Source: Cenococcum geophilum
Taxonomy: Eukaryota
Assembly: GCA_050273025.1 (NCBI GenBank)
Contig: CP158636.1
Span: forward strand, 10,912,001 to 10,976,000
Direction of reading: 5' to 3'
Length of the DNA: 64,000 nucleotides
Each line of letters starts with the position of its first letter. Within the stretch, counting starts at the first letter, position 1. Below the pieces are notes generated by a model. That model saw nothing but the letters and a program-made list of their open reading frames with translations. It had not been told where the DNA came from and ran no database searches. The position numbers and the translations under genes are program-made. Shown in pieces: positions 10,001 through 22,600 of the stretch.

Positions 10001-10795
10001 ATTACACTTCTGGTCCCACAAGGGCTCTTCCCTTGTGTCATGTCTATTCAGGCTCGGCGAAGCTTGCTGTGCAAAACCTTCTTCCTGTCTACCCCGGCGA
10101 TTCTTTGTAGCTGATCCACAAATTTCTTAAAGCTATATACCCTCATGGAGGCCTCGTCAAATGCAGCAACCCGGACAAAGACCGGACTGGTGAATCCGTA
10201 TTCTCCAAGCTTTCCAAGTATGTAATCTTGTCGCGATTGTTTTTCTTGCTAATTATAATTTAGATTCTTGCAGAGGCCCGTTTATAGAAACCATCCTTTC
10301 ATTCGGGAGCTCTGCTTTCTACCTAAAGTCGCAAAGCGGGAGGGCGCAAACTTGCGCAAAGCAACTTCAACAATCAAGAGCGCTCTAGATGTGTTACGAG
10401 GTCAAACAAAGATTAGTGTTTCTAAAACAATGCGTGTTAAAAATCCTGCCGGCGGCTAAAAACTCAACATTTCAGTCACCAAGATATGGATCAATGTCTC
10501 CGCGCCCAAAAACGTGATCGCTGATGTTGGGTCTCCGCAACTCTTACGTGCACCGACTCCCCCTGGAACTATGGAGGAATACAAAGAGAGGGAGACATCC
10601 ATTTTAAAAAAACACAGCGAAGATGGAATCGAAGCGCAGAAAATTGTGGAGGAGCTCGCGGAAGAAGAAGGGAAGACGCATAGCGAGCTGGAGACAGCTT
10701 GGGCTTCTGTCACGTTGATTTCCGCAAATGGTCGCAAGAGAGGTCAGCCGCAAGGCAGAGAAGCCGATGATGTATCTAAGCGTTCTCGTCATTAG
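7042..10795 (+). pseudogene. Large 4-exon gene (~1200 codons) with an N-terminal GIY-YIG-like nuclease domain and a UDG-fold-like segment, broken by in-frame stops
   Basis: ATG at 7042. Introns 7678-7729, 8342-8403 and 10218-10263 (GT...branch...AG) join the ORF-track fragments in frame. Stops at 7171, 7796, 8578, 9385, 9457, 10108 and 10457. Motifs: FYIRTF, IRYVGKT, WHRF, TEQELI, VNTEAGG, and RPLVVLTYG...ILLLHPG. Confidence 0.7.
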
Positions 10796-11058
10796 GGGCC
10801 TTTCGCCAAGCTAGTCTTCTACTCATGTAAGTAGCTTCATGTAAGATATAATGGTAGATATATGGGGCAAAAGTGACCTCATAAAAAGTCTGTTTCTTCT
10901 TTTGGCGTGAGCTCCGCAGGGGTGTAATGTGAGAGCTGAATCAGCGAATTGAGTAGTGGCTGAACTATAACCGCGCTCTGTAGTAAAGAATCTCCTCTCC
11001 ATGGATGCTAATACGGGAGTCTGTTGAAGAGGCCTATAATATTCACTATCAACATAGA

Positions 11059-11900
11059 TCAGTTCATCCTCGAAATCAACATAGTCGGCAATATCTGCTT
11101 CGATATTAGACGTGATGGTGGGTATGGATACCAGGGTTCCGGAAATAGCACTTGATCAAGTAAAGATACAGCCTCCGGTCGTTTGCGTCGAATACTAACA
11201 TCTCCAACCAGTCTTTGTACGATCAGTGGTGAATATCCGCTACAGTATCTCTCTCCACTCTTTCCGACGCTGGCCATTGCGTCTACTCAAGCGCACTTCT
11301 GCGAAAAGATGCCTTGCGGCGTGTACCTTGCGCTCAAAATCTATTGCAGTAGTACCACTCCACCTGGTACCTATGGAAATGACTTTATCGTACTCAACAA
11401 CCTTAACCTTAAGAGCAGGACTTTTGTGGTTCAAGTTCGGTCTCAATTTTGCAAACACAGGTTCATTATTACCCGACCAGTAGGGAATATACTTTATGTC
11501 TTTGTCAAGCTCTCCCCACAAGGACGCGTATGATTGCGGGAGTCCTCAGTTTGGCACCCAGGAGGGCAGATCAGCTCTCTCCAGATGACTTTCGGAGGCA
11601 GCTACCTTGTCCTCTTCTTTATAGCTCTAGGCGCTACCAAGAAACCTTAGATCCTTGTCTTGGGCAAACATCGCCATTGTAGCCTCGGTGTAGATGTCCG
11701 CGATGGACTTCGTAATCAGGAGAGATACCAGCAGTAGCACCGTGTAAAAGACTTAAACACCCATGCACATAATCGCGTGGATCAGTTGCCTCGCGCTATC
11801 GAGCTACGACGAAAACATCTCGTATCTTAAGATCAAAGTCTTTGGATAGAGGGTAGAGTAAAGATATTAATTTGAACGTTGCGATATCGGAGAATTCCCT
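11059..11900 (-). pseudogene. Fragmented coding-like region of unknown function
   Basis: Overlapping minus-strand ORF fragments (11240-11521, 11059-11277) with protein-like composition. No recognisable domain. Confidence 0.3.
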
Positions 11901-13049
11901 TATCCCAAGTGCATAGGGGTATTCTTCGGAATGGCGAAGTAGGCTATCCTTAGGAAGCAAGATAGTTGTATAACTAGACCTTTAAAAGCCTGACGAGTTA
12001 AAGGCGTACGAAATCCTCCACTTTCTGTCCTTTCTAATGTTAACACTTTCGGGTTATATATTTGTCTTCTCTTCTAAGTTTCCTTTTTAAAGCCATTTCC
12101 TGTGCATTAAGTGAAAGGTATAAGGCGGTAGACTAACGCGAGAAGTGGTATGAAGCTGACGAGTTAAAGAGCATTAGAAAAGCTATTATTAGTCATTTAG
12201 TACTCTATCTAGGCATTAAAGAGGCGAAAATGAAAGCCGAACTCTATTAGGCTGGTTTTATTAAAATTTATAAGTTACTTTATGTAAGAGACTAAGCATC
12301 CTAATAGAACATCCACAGAAAATTAACCTTAAAATTATGTGTAAGGCCACTACCGGCTTTACTATCGGCTGCTGTAAAGATAAAGATAGCCTATCGCAAC
12401 CAAGAGATCTATATAGATATTCACGAAGTTAGAACTAAGCTTGGTAGTACTAGGCTAGGGTAGGCTTAATTTAACGATTAAGACTTTAAACTTTTATTTA
12501 GTAGAAAGGGTAGGTGGATAGTATAAGAGTATATATATTTTAATTATTAGTAGTTAAGGAATGCCAATTCTCAACTTTTTATAGTCTATTGTATTAATAA
12601 TATGCTCTTTATCCAAGTAAAAAAGCAAGTTTTTACTTATAATTTATAACCTTTGCACTAGACAGCCTTAGAATAAACACTTTAGTATAGATTTCTACCT
12701 TAGGGGGTTATTGTAATATTAAATCAATTAGTAGTAAGGTTCCATACCTTATTAATAGGGTTAATTCACTCTGTCTGAAAAAAGAAAGATATTACTTCTT
12801 AATATGTTCCCTTACTTTACGCGGGTAATAGAAAAGTGGATAACCTAACCGCTTTATCATTACATAATGTGTCTCTTTGTTACTATTATCATTTAATTAT
12901 ATATAATCTTTCGCACTAGCGCGCCTCATGTATAGAGTTTATCGCACCCGACTTTCTATTAAGCGTTATTAAACTATAGTAAGTAGAACTTGTTGAAAAC
13001 TTACTAAATAAGATACTTATTTTAGGAAATTATATAGTTATATAAAGGA

Positions 13050-13985
13050 GGCTGATTAGCTATACTTTAATTAAAAATAAATATTTAAAATAGTTTAGAT
13101 TTAAACATATCGGAAACCAGCCTCTACTATAGCGATATCGTTGGATATAAGCCACGGTACGGTTCTAAACTAATACTATAATTCTAATTCTAGAACAAGA
13201 TTATGCAACCCTAATCTAGGACGCGCATTACTATTGCTCTTACTATCGCTTACAGCCCCATCACCCTCACTATCGCTCTCGCTATCTATATCTTCCCACT
13301 CCTAATATAAAGCCACTAAACGTTCCTTTATTGTTATAACAACTCCCTAGTATAATTTATTACAGCACTAAAATTGCCTTAAGGCCAGCTCTTAACAACG
13401 ATCTTGTACAACTAAGGTAATCTTCAATAGGCTAACTCTTTCTCGCAAATTTGTATTTAGTAAGATTCGCTCTATAGGGGGGGCGAAGCCATTTTATTCG
13501 TGGCTATAATTCTATAAGTAATTGCAGTAGTAGGTCTAGGTAATCCGTAAGTCTAATAGGGCTTTAAAACTAGCAATCTACTAAGCGTAGATCTAGCTCT
13601 GGTTATCTAGGCTCTAGTTATCTAGCGCGATAAGGGAGCGCATATTAAACTTAAGAGAAAGTATACGGACGTTGCTAAATACGAAAGCTAAGTTAAATAG
13701 TTAGTTGTATTATACATCCCTCTAGTTCTAGTCCAGCCCAGCCTAACTAAGCCTAAATTTACAGTATTAGCGCCTGCGGATATATTTACTAAGTTGTTTA
13801 TTAATAAGTATAATCGCGGGGTAGACCTAAGGACGTAAAGAAGAGAGTTCTTAAGGGTGATAAAATTTAACTAGAAATACCCTATATAAGGTAATATACT
13901 TATATACTAGAGGAAATAGAGGTAAATAAAAGTTAAGAATTTTATTAAGTAATTCTAGGGTTAGATTTAGGAGGCGATATTATTA
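13050..13985 (-). pseudogene. RIP-degraded host-like gene, possibly with an F-box-like N-terminus
   Basis: The minus strand reads LLNLTLELLNKILNFYLP...VYPAIILINKQL (like LLxLPxEL...PAILxVNKQL), followed by an acidic stretch near 13250-13300. Many stops. Confidence 0.3.
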
Positions 13986-16900
13986 GGATTTTTATCTCTA
14001 TCCTCTATCTTTATTAGAGTTTAGCGGGTTATAGTATCACGGGACGGGGGCAATGGCTATAAAGCGTATGTATTTGAGGAGTCTACAAAACGTTACGCGA
14101 TCGATCGTAAGGGTCGAGGGCGTAAGGAGGTGATATACCTACGCGTAGCTGACGTAAGCTGTACGCAAGGTGTACGTAAGAGCACGGGGCTCTCCTATAG
14201 AGGCCCCTATAGTGGGGTTCTGTAACACTACCCCCCCTCTTATAAAGGCGGAGCTTCGGCGACGCTGTAGTTGCTATATATATATAAAAGGGACATTTAA
14301 GGTATAGAGAAGGAAAAGTAAGGGGGTATCGCTAAGGGCTTAAAACAACGTCATATAATAAGGCTTAACACCTAAGAATCCAACTAATTAGATAACTTTA
14401 ACCACCAGTTAAAGTTCCTGGATATCTTATTAATATTCCGGTTATATAATCGCATTTTGCCATTATATAATAGCAATCTGCGGCAATTTAATAGTAATTT
14501 GCCCTTATATAGTAATATATAACGGTTTAACTTTATAAGGGCTCCTATAGAGGATTAGGTACAAAATCTCTACTTAGGCCCGGTTTCTGTAGGTTCGCGT
14601 AGTAAAAATCGCTGATTAGGTCCTTTGCATTTTTAAAGTCTTCCTATAGTTGCCATTCTGGCTAATTTATGTCAAATCCTATATAGACAGCTCTATAGTA
14701 GAGCCGCCGCCCTCTGCCTTTGCTAAAGTATTTAGAGTTAATAATTTATTTAACGGTCTACTCCTTATAGTTCTCGTCTTTGTTCTTATTTTAGATTAGT
14801 ACTAGCGGGGGTTTAGGCTATATTTATCCTGGTAAGGAGTTAGGCTAGTAAAGATATAGTAGCTATAGGTAAAATATAGGCTATATCCCACGGGTGGTTA
14901 GGGTAGGTAGGAGCTCTAGTTCGTATACAGCTCCCCTATTAATAACTCGTTTAATTAAATAGGGGCTGAGGTTCTTATAATTAAGTGACTTTATAGGCCT
15001 CTGCGTAGAGATATTGCGTATATCTAGCTATACCTAGTCGCCGACACGCATCTTCGGTGGTGGCGTTCTATAACAGTCGGCAAAGTAGGCCTACTTTGCT
15101 TAAGCCTAGGCCATTTCTCCCTTACAGTAGTTAAGTAGATTTTTTATATAGTCTGCATGCTAGTCGGCAAGTAGCATCTTAAGGCGTTTTCTATATAGCA
15201 GTTTCCTATTAATAGGTTCTGGTAGCTCTATGCCAGATTAGGGGTGATAACCCTTATTTACAAAGAATGGGGTAAGTCCTGTAGTGGTTAAGATATAGTT
15301 ATTTACTGCGAATTTACCTAGTGGAAGGTAATTTACCCAGTTATCTTAATTATAGGCGACTACCTATTATAGGTATGCTTTTATACTAGCATTAGCGTTT
15401 TCTAGTTACCCAGTAGTTTTATAGTAGAAGGACGTAGATATCTTAACGGAGATGCTAAGGCGTTAGTAGATTTGTCTCTATATATTAGAGTTAAACTATA
15501 TACCTCGGTCGGACGTAATTAAGTTAGATAACCTATATAATTAGTAGATTTTACAAAGGAAGGCGTTAGTAACGTTACTAACGGCTACGCCTTTAGTTGG
15601 GACGTAGTGGCGCTCTTTTATAAGTCGGCATATTATTATAAGGATATTCTTATAAGTATGGCCATGTCGTTTATAGGGTAGTAGGTTAACAACAAAATCT
15701 ATAGCAATATTTGCCCATTGTTATATAGGTATTAGTAGAGGGTATAGTAGTCCTTAGTACTTTATATTAAAGGCCTTAGCGCGCTTATAACCGTAGTAGG
15801 CGCCTATAAAGCGTTTAACTAAGTCTATTATTTTTAGCTAGAAGTAGTATCGGCTAAGAAGCTTATAGGTTCCTCCTCTACCTAGGTAGCCGCTTAATTA
15901 GAGGTTATAGGCTATTTAGACTAGTTGCCGTTGTAAATTTTCTAAGTTAGGGATAAATAAGCGGCCTTTATAATAAAGCCTGTTCTCTTTGACTTTTAAG
16001 GCTGCTATATTAATCTAGCCTAAGCTTTAGAGGTTAGTAGGTAGCGTATAGGCGCTAGCGGTCTTTATAGCAATAAGTTAATACAGTAATAGGTTAACTA
16101 AGGTATTATATGCCGTGGTAATAAGCTTATTAATTTTAGGAGGTAACTTTAGTTCTGTGATGTAAAGCTAAGGTATAGTTAGCTCTGTCGTAGGTAGTAT
16201 ACCTAAGGCTAAATTCCGTGCTTTTAGAATTATTTATTATTGGAACTGGTTATAGGGGTTATCTTTAAACTAAAGAAGGTCTTATAGGCGGCGTGTTAGG
16301 CTATTAGGCTTAGTACTTTATACTCCTAGCCTATATACGATTTTAAAGTTAAAACCAGAGAGGAACTTATTCCAGCGTACTTAGCGTTAGTTTAGCTATT
16401 TTATAGTTATAAAGTACTTAAGGTTACGATAATCTGTAAGGACTTTAGTTAGCTAGTTAGGTTCTGCTAAGGAGAGTTCTGGTTAAAATTCCTTAAACAT
16501 ATATACGATCGCGAGAAGTTCCTTATTATAGATTTTATAGTTATATTCTTGTGGTATAAGCTTAGACGAGTAGAATATAACTAGGTGGAGAAGACCGTCG
16601 TTACCTATCTAGAAAAGGACGCCTGCGTTAACGTGGTCTAAGGAGTTAATCTTAAGATAGAGTTATCGTCCTAGTATAAAGTAAGCTAGAATAGGTGCTT
16701 TAATAGAAGCATCTTTAAGGTCTTAGAACGCCTTCTCGTATTTAGGCGTCTAGATAAAACATAGATATATTTTTCTTTCTTTTACGAGAAGGCCCTTTAT
16801 TCGCATTATTGCTATAAATAGTGCTATAACACCTAAGAAGTTGTATATAAATTTTTAATAGAAGTTAGCAAAACTGAGGAAGGCTTATACGTCCTTAATG

Positions 16901-19659
16901 CAATTAGGGGTTTGCTATTTAGTGATTATATATACCTTCTTAGGGTCTATACGGACGCCCTTAGTAGTAATAATTAGTCTAAGATATTTTACTTTTATGA
17001 CTAAGAATTCGCACTTCTTTAAATTAATATAAAGTCCTGCGTCCCTAAGGCGCTGTAAGACCTTTTAAACGTGCTTGGTATACTTAGAGGGGTTATTACT
17101 ATAAATAAATATATCGTCTAGGTACGTAGAGCAGAAGTTATTAAAATAATCTTATAAGGCGTTATTAATATAGCTTTAGAAACTGCCTAGGCCGTTATAT
17201 ACGCTAAAGGGTATAACGGTATATTTAAATTAGCCAAAGCGCGATGCGAATACGGTTTTCCATTTATTACCTTCCCGTATTTAGAGGCGGTTAAAGGCGG
17301 CGATGATATTAAGCTTGGTATAGATTTTAGCTTAGCTAAACCGCTTAAGAGTCTTATGTATAAGCGGTACGGGGTATCGGTTCTTAATTATAATAGCATT
17401 AAGTCCTCTATAGTTAACGCAGAATTAGATACTTCCTTCTGGTTTCTTAGTAAGGAGAATAGGGGCGGCTGCTAGGGATATACTAGGATAAATAAACCCT
17501 TTGTTAAGGTGCTCGTCGATATACTTTTTAATAACTAGAAGTTTATCTTTTAATATTAGGTAGGGTCTCTTATAGGGTGGCGTTTTTCCTTATTTAGTAT
17601 TAATGGTATAGTTATTAGGTTAATATAGGGGGAGTATATCTGCGCTCTTTTATAAGCATATATTAATAAAGTTATAGTACCTCTTAGGAAGGAGCTTACG
17701 GAGTTTCTTATTGGTAAATCCTTTTTTAAGCTTTATAAACTTCTTAAAGTCTAAAGGTGAAAGTCTGTAGATTTCTACGGGTGTATTATTTTTTAGGAGG
17801 TTAACTATGTCTATTCTATTACTATAGAGGACGTAGTTCTGTTCTTTATTAAGCTTATATAGTTATAATTAGGAGGCTACGGTAACGGTCCAGCCTTTCC
17901 TATATACTATGCGGTAGAAGGCCGCAGTACTTATATGGTGGTAGTTAGTTATAGGTAGGGTAATAAGGGGTTCCTTAGGTTGGTATCCTAAGGAGTAGGC
18001 AAAGGCGGCTAGGCTATATCCTAGGCAAGTCTTTCTGCAGTATTTAGAGTTAAAGGTTATTTCTCTCTTTTTTTAGTTAATAGCGGGGTTATATTGTTTG
18101 AGCTAGTTCATTCTAAGGATAATAGGGTAGTTAGTAAGTAGTGTAATATAGGCCTAGAGCTCTTCCTGGTACCCATTTATATCTAAGTAGAGTTATACTA
18201 TATAGGTGATCTTCTATGCAGTATAAGTACCGTTAGCGAGTTATAGGGCGCGGGCTTTGGTAAGGGGTAAGGTAGGTAGGTTATAAGTACACACGAATTA
18301 GGTATCTATAAATTTATTAGTAGCTTCGTAATTAATTATAGAATAGCTTTTATATTGTTTTTTAGTAGTAATTCCTATTATAGGTAAAACTATCTGTTTC
18401 CGTTTATTTATCTTTACTAAGTTATCTATTAAGTAGGCCGATATATAGATCCCCTTATTATTAGGGTGTTCTAGCCTATAACTTAGGGCTAGGACTTAGC
18501 GTTTTCCGTTTCCGTATTTAACTCTACTACTATTACTACGTCTTTGTCTTGTACGGTAGTGGTATATAGCGACGTATTTGGTGTTTAAGGTACTAGGTTA
18601 GGTATTAGGCGGCAGCTACTAAACTTAGCCATTAGGTAGTTTAGGCTATAGCTATAATAGCCTTCTTAACGGCATCTATAGTAACGCCTTAGCTTTTAGA
18701 GTAGCTTATATTCTTCATTTAGTAGCTTCTGCGGGAAGGTTAGTATAGAGAGGTCAATATTAGGACTAGTAGTGTTGCTTAGGGTAGTAAACGTTAGTAG
18801 TTTAGTAGGTCCGGAGGGCTTTTATAGGGAGGTCTTTAGATAGGGGTTTACAGTAGCGATCTAGTTTAGCTGTCGTTTAATCTTTTATAGAGCTGCTATT
18901 ATATTATAAACGTCGTTATAATTATAGCTGGCGGCTGCGTAACTAAGGTAATAAGTAACTTTTTTAAGAAGATTTTTCTAGTCTTTAGCATCGTCTTAGG
19001 TAAGGACTCTAGTATATTCCTAGAATTTAACATAGAACTCATTAAATAATTTAGTAGGACTTATCTTTAGGGCACGTAGTTTAGCTCAACTAGTGGCCAC
19101 TAGGTTATAGTTATGGTATATTTAGTTAAGGTTATTAAGGACTTCCTAGTAGGACTACTACTTTTAGGGACTGCTAGTCTTTTATTAAGTAAAGAGCCTA
19201 TTAAACGGGATACCCTTTATTTGCCTAATAATATAGCCAATCTTAGCGTCTTCTATAGGGAACAGGTAGGCACTTTAGGTCAGTTTCTTGCGGATTTATA
19301 TCTTTTAGTGGCTATATTCCTTACGGTCACCCTTAAAGATTAAGGGATTGGAATAGCGTGTATTAGACCCTATGGTAGTAGCTTAGGTTTAGTCGTTGTG
19401 GCTTTTATTATTATTGCTATAGTAGGGGTTCCCGTTAGGCGAAGCTGCTTAGCATTAACCCTTTATTAAGCGTTAAGTAGGTAAGGTTGCTAGGGGCGTA
19501 AAGATATAGGTGGCGTTATATATAGTAGAGGGGTGTCTAGTATCGTTACGAATATACTTATTAAGCTAAGATTATAGGTATTTAATTATACCCTCTCTTT
19601 TAGTAACCGTAGTAATAAGTATAATCTTAGCCTTCTTTAATTATTAAACGTCGTGTTTA

Positions 19660-22600
19660 TATTACAAACGCTTTAAGTACAATGTTATAACTACTTGGAG
19701 AGGAGTTAAAAGAAGCCAGTTGGTTAATATAAGCACGGTCTAGGATAGAACCCATAGAACTATGTAACGAGAAATGGTAAGCAAAGTCACGTGATGTAAT
19801 CTATATAATCTGTATAATCTGCGAGATCTATAACAGAGTAAATAGAGCAGACAGAGTAGATAGAGTAACGACTTTCTTAGGAGTACGGTTATGTATTTAA
19901 GAACCCTTAGTCCCTACCTAGATAGTTCCTTCCTTATAGTAATTCTCAGAATACAATTAGAGTTAATCTATTAGGCAACCACTCTACCAGTTGTTATTAC
20001 GTTGTTAACTTACTTGCAATACCTATATACCTAGCCTATTAACAAGTCCACCGTAGTTCCTACTATAAGGCTCCATTATACAATTACTACTACAGTTATA
20101 GTTTTAATAAGTTAAATCGGAGGTAACTACTTTAAGATTAGGTAACAACACTAGCATAGCAGACACTAATTTACAGCAACCAATAACAGTAGGATAGTTA
20201 TAAGCGATAGTTAACCAATTAACGGGAGATAATACGGCACTTAAAAATAGGATTAATGGAATAGGAGCAGTAAAGGTTAAGTTACTATTAATTAAAAGAT
20301 TCTTAGGAGAGAGATTAAAGCTTAAAGGATTCCTTACGTAAATATATTTTAAGGTTACGTAAGAGGGAGTAAAGCTGGTAACAATTATGGATTAAGTAGC
20401 ATATATAGGATTATTCTTATTAGGAAGAGCACTTAAATAGTTTAAGCCTTACCTTATAGAGATATAAGCAAATAGAATAATAATAACGAACTAAGAGGTA
20501 CGGTTTATATTCTTAAGCTAGAACGGATTTATAGAGCGACTTACATAAATATTTAGAGACCTAGAGGCGACGACTACGGCGGAAAGAAAACTTTAAGACA
20601 TTATATAACGAACCTTAATAATTAAGTATATAACGCAGTTTTAAACGCTAGCTATATAAGTTAAGTAGAATAATAAGGCGCTTATGGCATAGTATAAATA
20701 AGGACTTAAGGCTAAAGTCTAAGACATAATTATCCTAATAAAAGATATAGATACCCTAAGGGAACTAATAGATTAAGTAATAAAGATCGATAATAGGATC
20801 TACTAAAGGGAATAGGCTAAAAAAGGCTAGGATAGAGTTCTATAGTTATATAAGACGTAGAGTACGCAACGACCTAAGCTAAATTAGAAAATATAGTATA
20901 GCGTAAAGCTAATAGACCTAAGTAGTACTAAAGAAACCTATAAGAGATAGAGTAAGAAACTATAAAAACCTAGAGGTTAAGGATTAAGTAATTATAGGAC
21001 TAAGAAGCATAGGCTAAACTAAGGATTTTAGTAATAGAAGACGTTTAAGTAAACTCTATAATAAAAGCAATAGTTTAAAGATAGAGCTTATATAAATTAC
21101 AGAAAATAGAGTTATTTCGCCAGAGACTGTAGAAGTGGTTAGAGTTATTACGTAGTAAAGGGAACTAGACTAGTAGTATATAACATATATATATAAAGGG
21201 ATAATAGTGTACTACAAGGAATAAAAGAATATTTAATTAGAAGTTTTGCGTTTTATTATAATAACACATACTAAATTTATAAAGACGCTAAGTACGGTAT
21301 AAGCTATTGGCTATAAGAGCTAGAGTTAAGAGGACTTAAAGGAACTAAAGAGTTAGATAAAGAACAAGATTAACTCTATAAGGTAAATTAAGATATTATA
21401 GTAACGTGCGGATAATAATTAGTAATAATAACAATAGAGTTAAAGTACTTATTAATTAATAGTAATAAGGATAGTAAAGGAACTAACTAGGGGTATCTAA
21501 ACCTTAATAACGTAATAGAAGTAGAGACTAAGACCACTATAGAGTAAGGTTCAGTAATGGGTATTATAACACCGTTAGATACAGCATCTATCGCTTTATA
21601 AGACAAAAGGAGTAATATTTAGAGATAATTAAGCAAGCAGATAACTACTAGTGCTAGCTTACTACTTAATAAAGGCAAAAGGCTAAAGGCTTAAGATTCT
21701 TAAGACAAGATAAGAGATAACTAAGATTCTTAAGACAAGATAAGGCATACTTAAGGACTTACAATAGACGAAAACCGATGGGATAGAGTAATAGCTTAGT
21801 TTAGCAATATACAAATAAGCTTAGGACGAAGTTTCCTAAAGGCATAAGACTTTTAAGACGAGATGAGTAAGATCTAGGACTCTTAAGATAAGATAAGGAC
21901 ACTAGTAAAGCCTAGTTAGACTAAGGCTAGAGCGTAGCTTAAGAAAGAAGTAAGCTTAGGGTTAAAGAATCTAAGGGGTTAAGAATTTGGAGTACGAATA
22001 AGGACACCCGTAAGAAAAAAGCAAGAGACTTTGCTATAGATTAGGGAATCTATAGTATAAATAGCAGTTAGATTAGGAGACAGATATATAGACCCAGAAG
22101 ACTTACTAGGTAAATATAGCGTTTAACCTAAAGATCAAAAAGTTAATATAGCGATTAAGAAGTAAGAAGACTTTAAGAATTTAATTGTAAGACGTAAACA
22201 ACAAGAAACCATAGACGAGTTTAGAGTAAGAATTATCGCATAGTAAGAAAAGAAACTAGATATAAGATCTAGCACACTAGGTCGTATAAGGGACAGAGCA
22301 CCTATATAAAGAATCACTAATAGGCTAAGAATAGGCATACTAAGAGCTAAGTGGCTTACTAAACTGGAAAATAAAGAGGATTTAGGGATTCCCACTAGAT
22401 TCGAAGAACGATATATAAAAGGCTGTTATAACGCAGTAATAAGAAGATACTTCCTTATAGATAAACCGTATATACTCTAGCAACTATACCAAAAGTAGTA
22501 TAGGCAACGATATAATAATAAGTGGGAAGATTTCTATATATAGTTAGATAAAAAAGTTATCTAAGACCACCTAATTACAGAAAAAGCGATAAATTATATT

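Noticed and set aside
7171..10459. Stops as A-to-I editing-correctable or recoded codons
   Set aside because: Three of the seven are TAA, and all fit RIP transitions; pseudogenisation is simpler.
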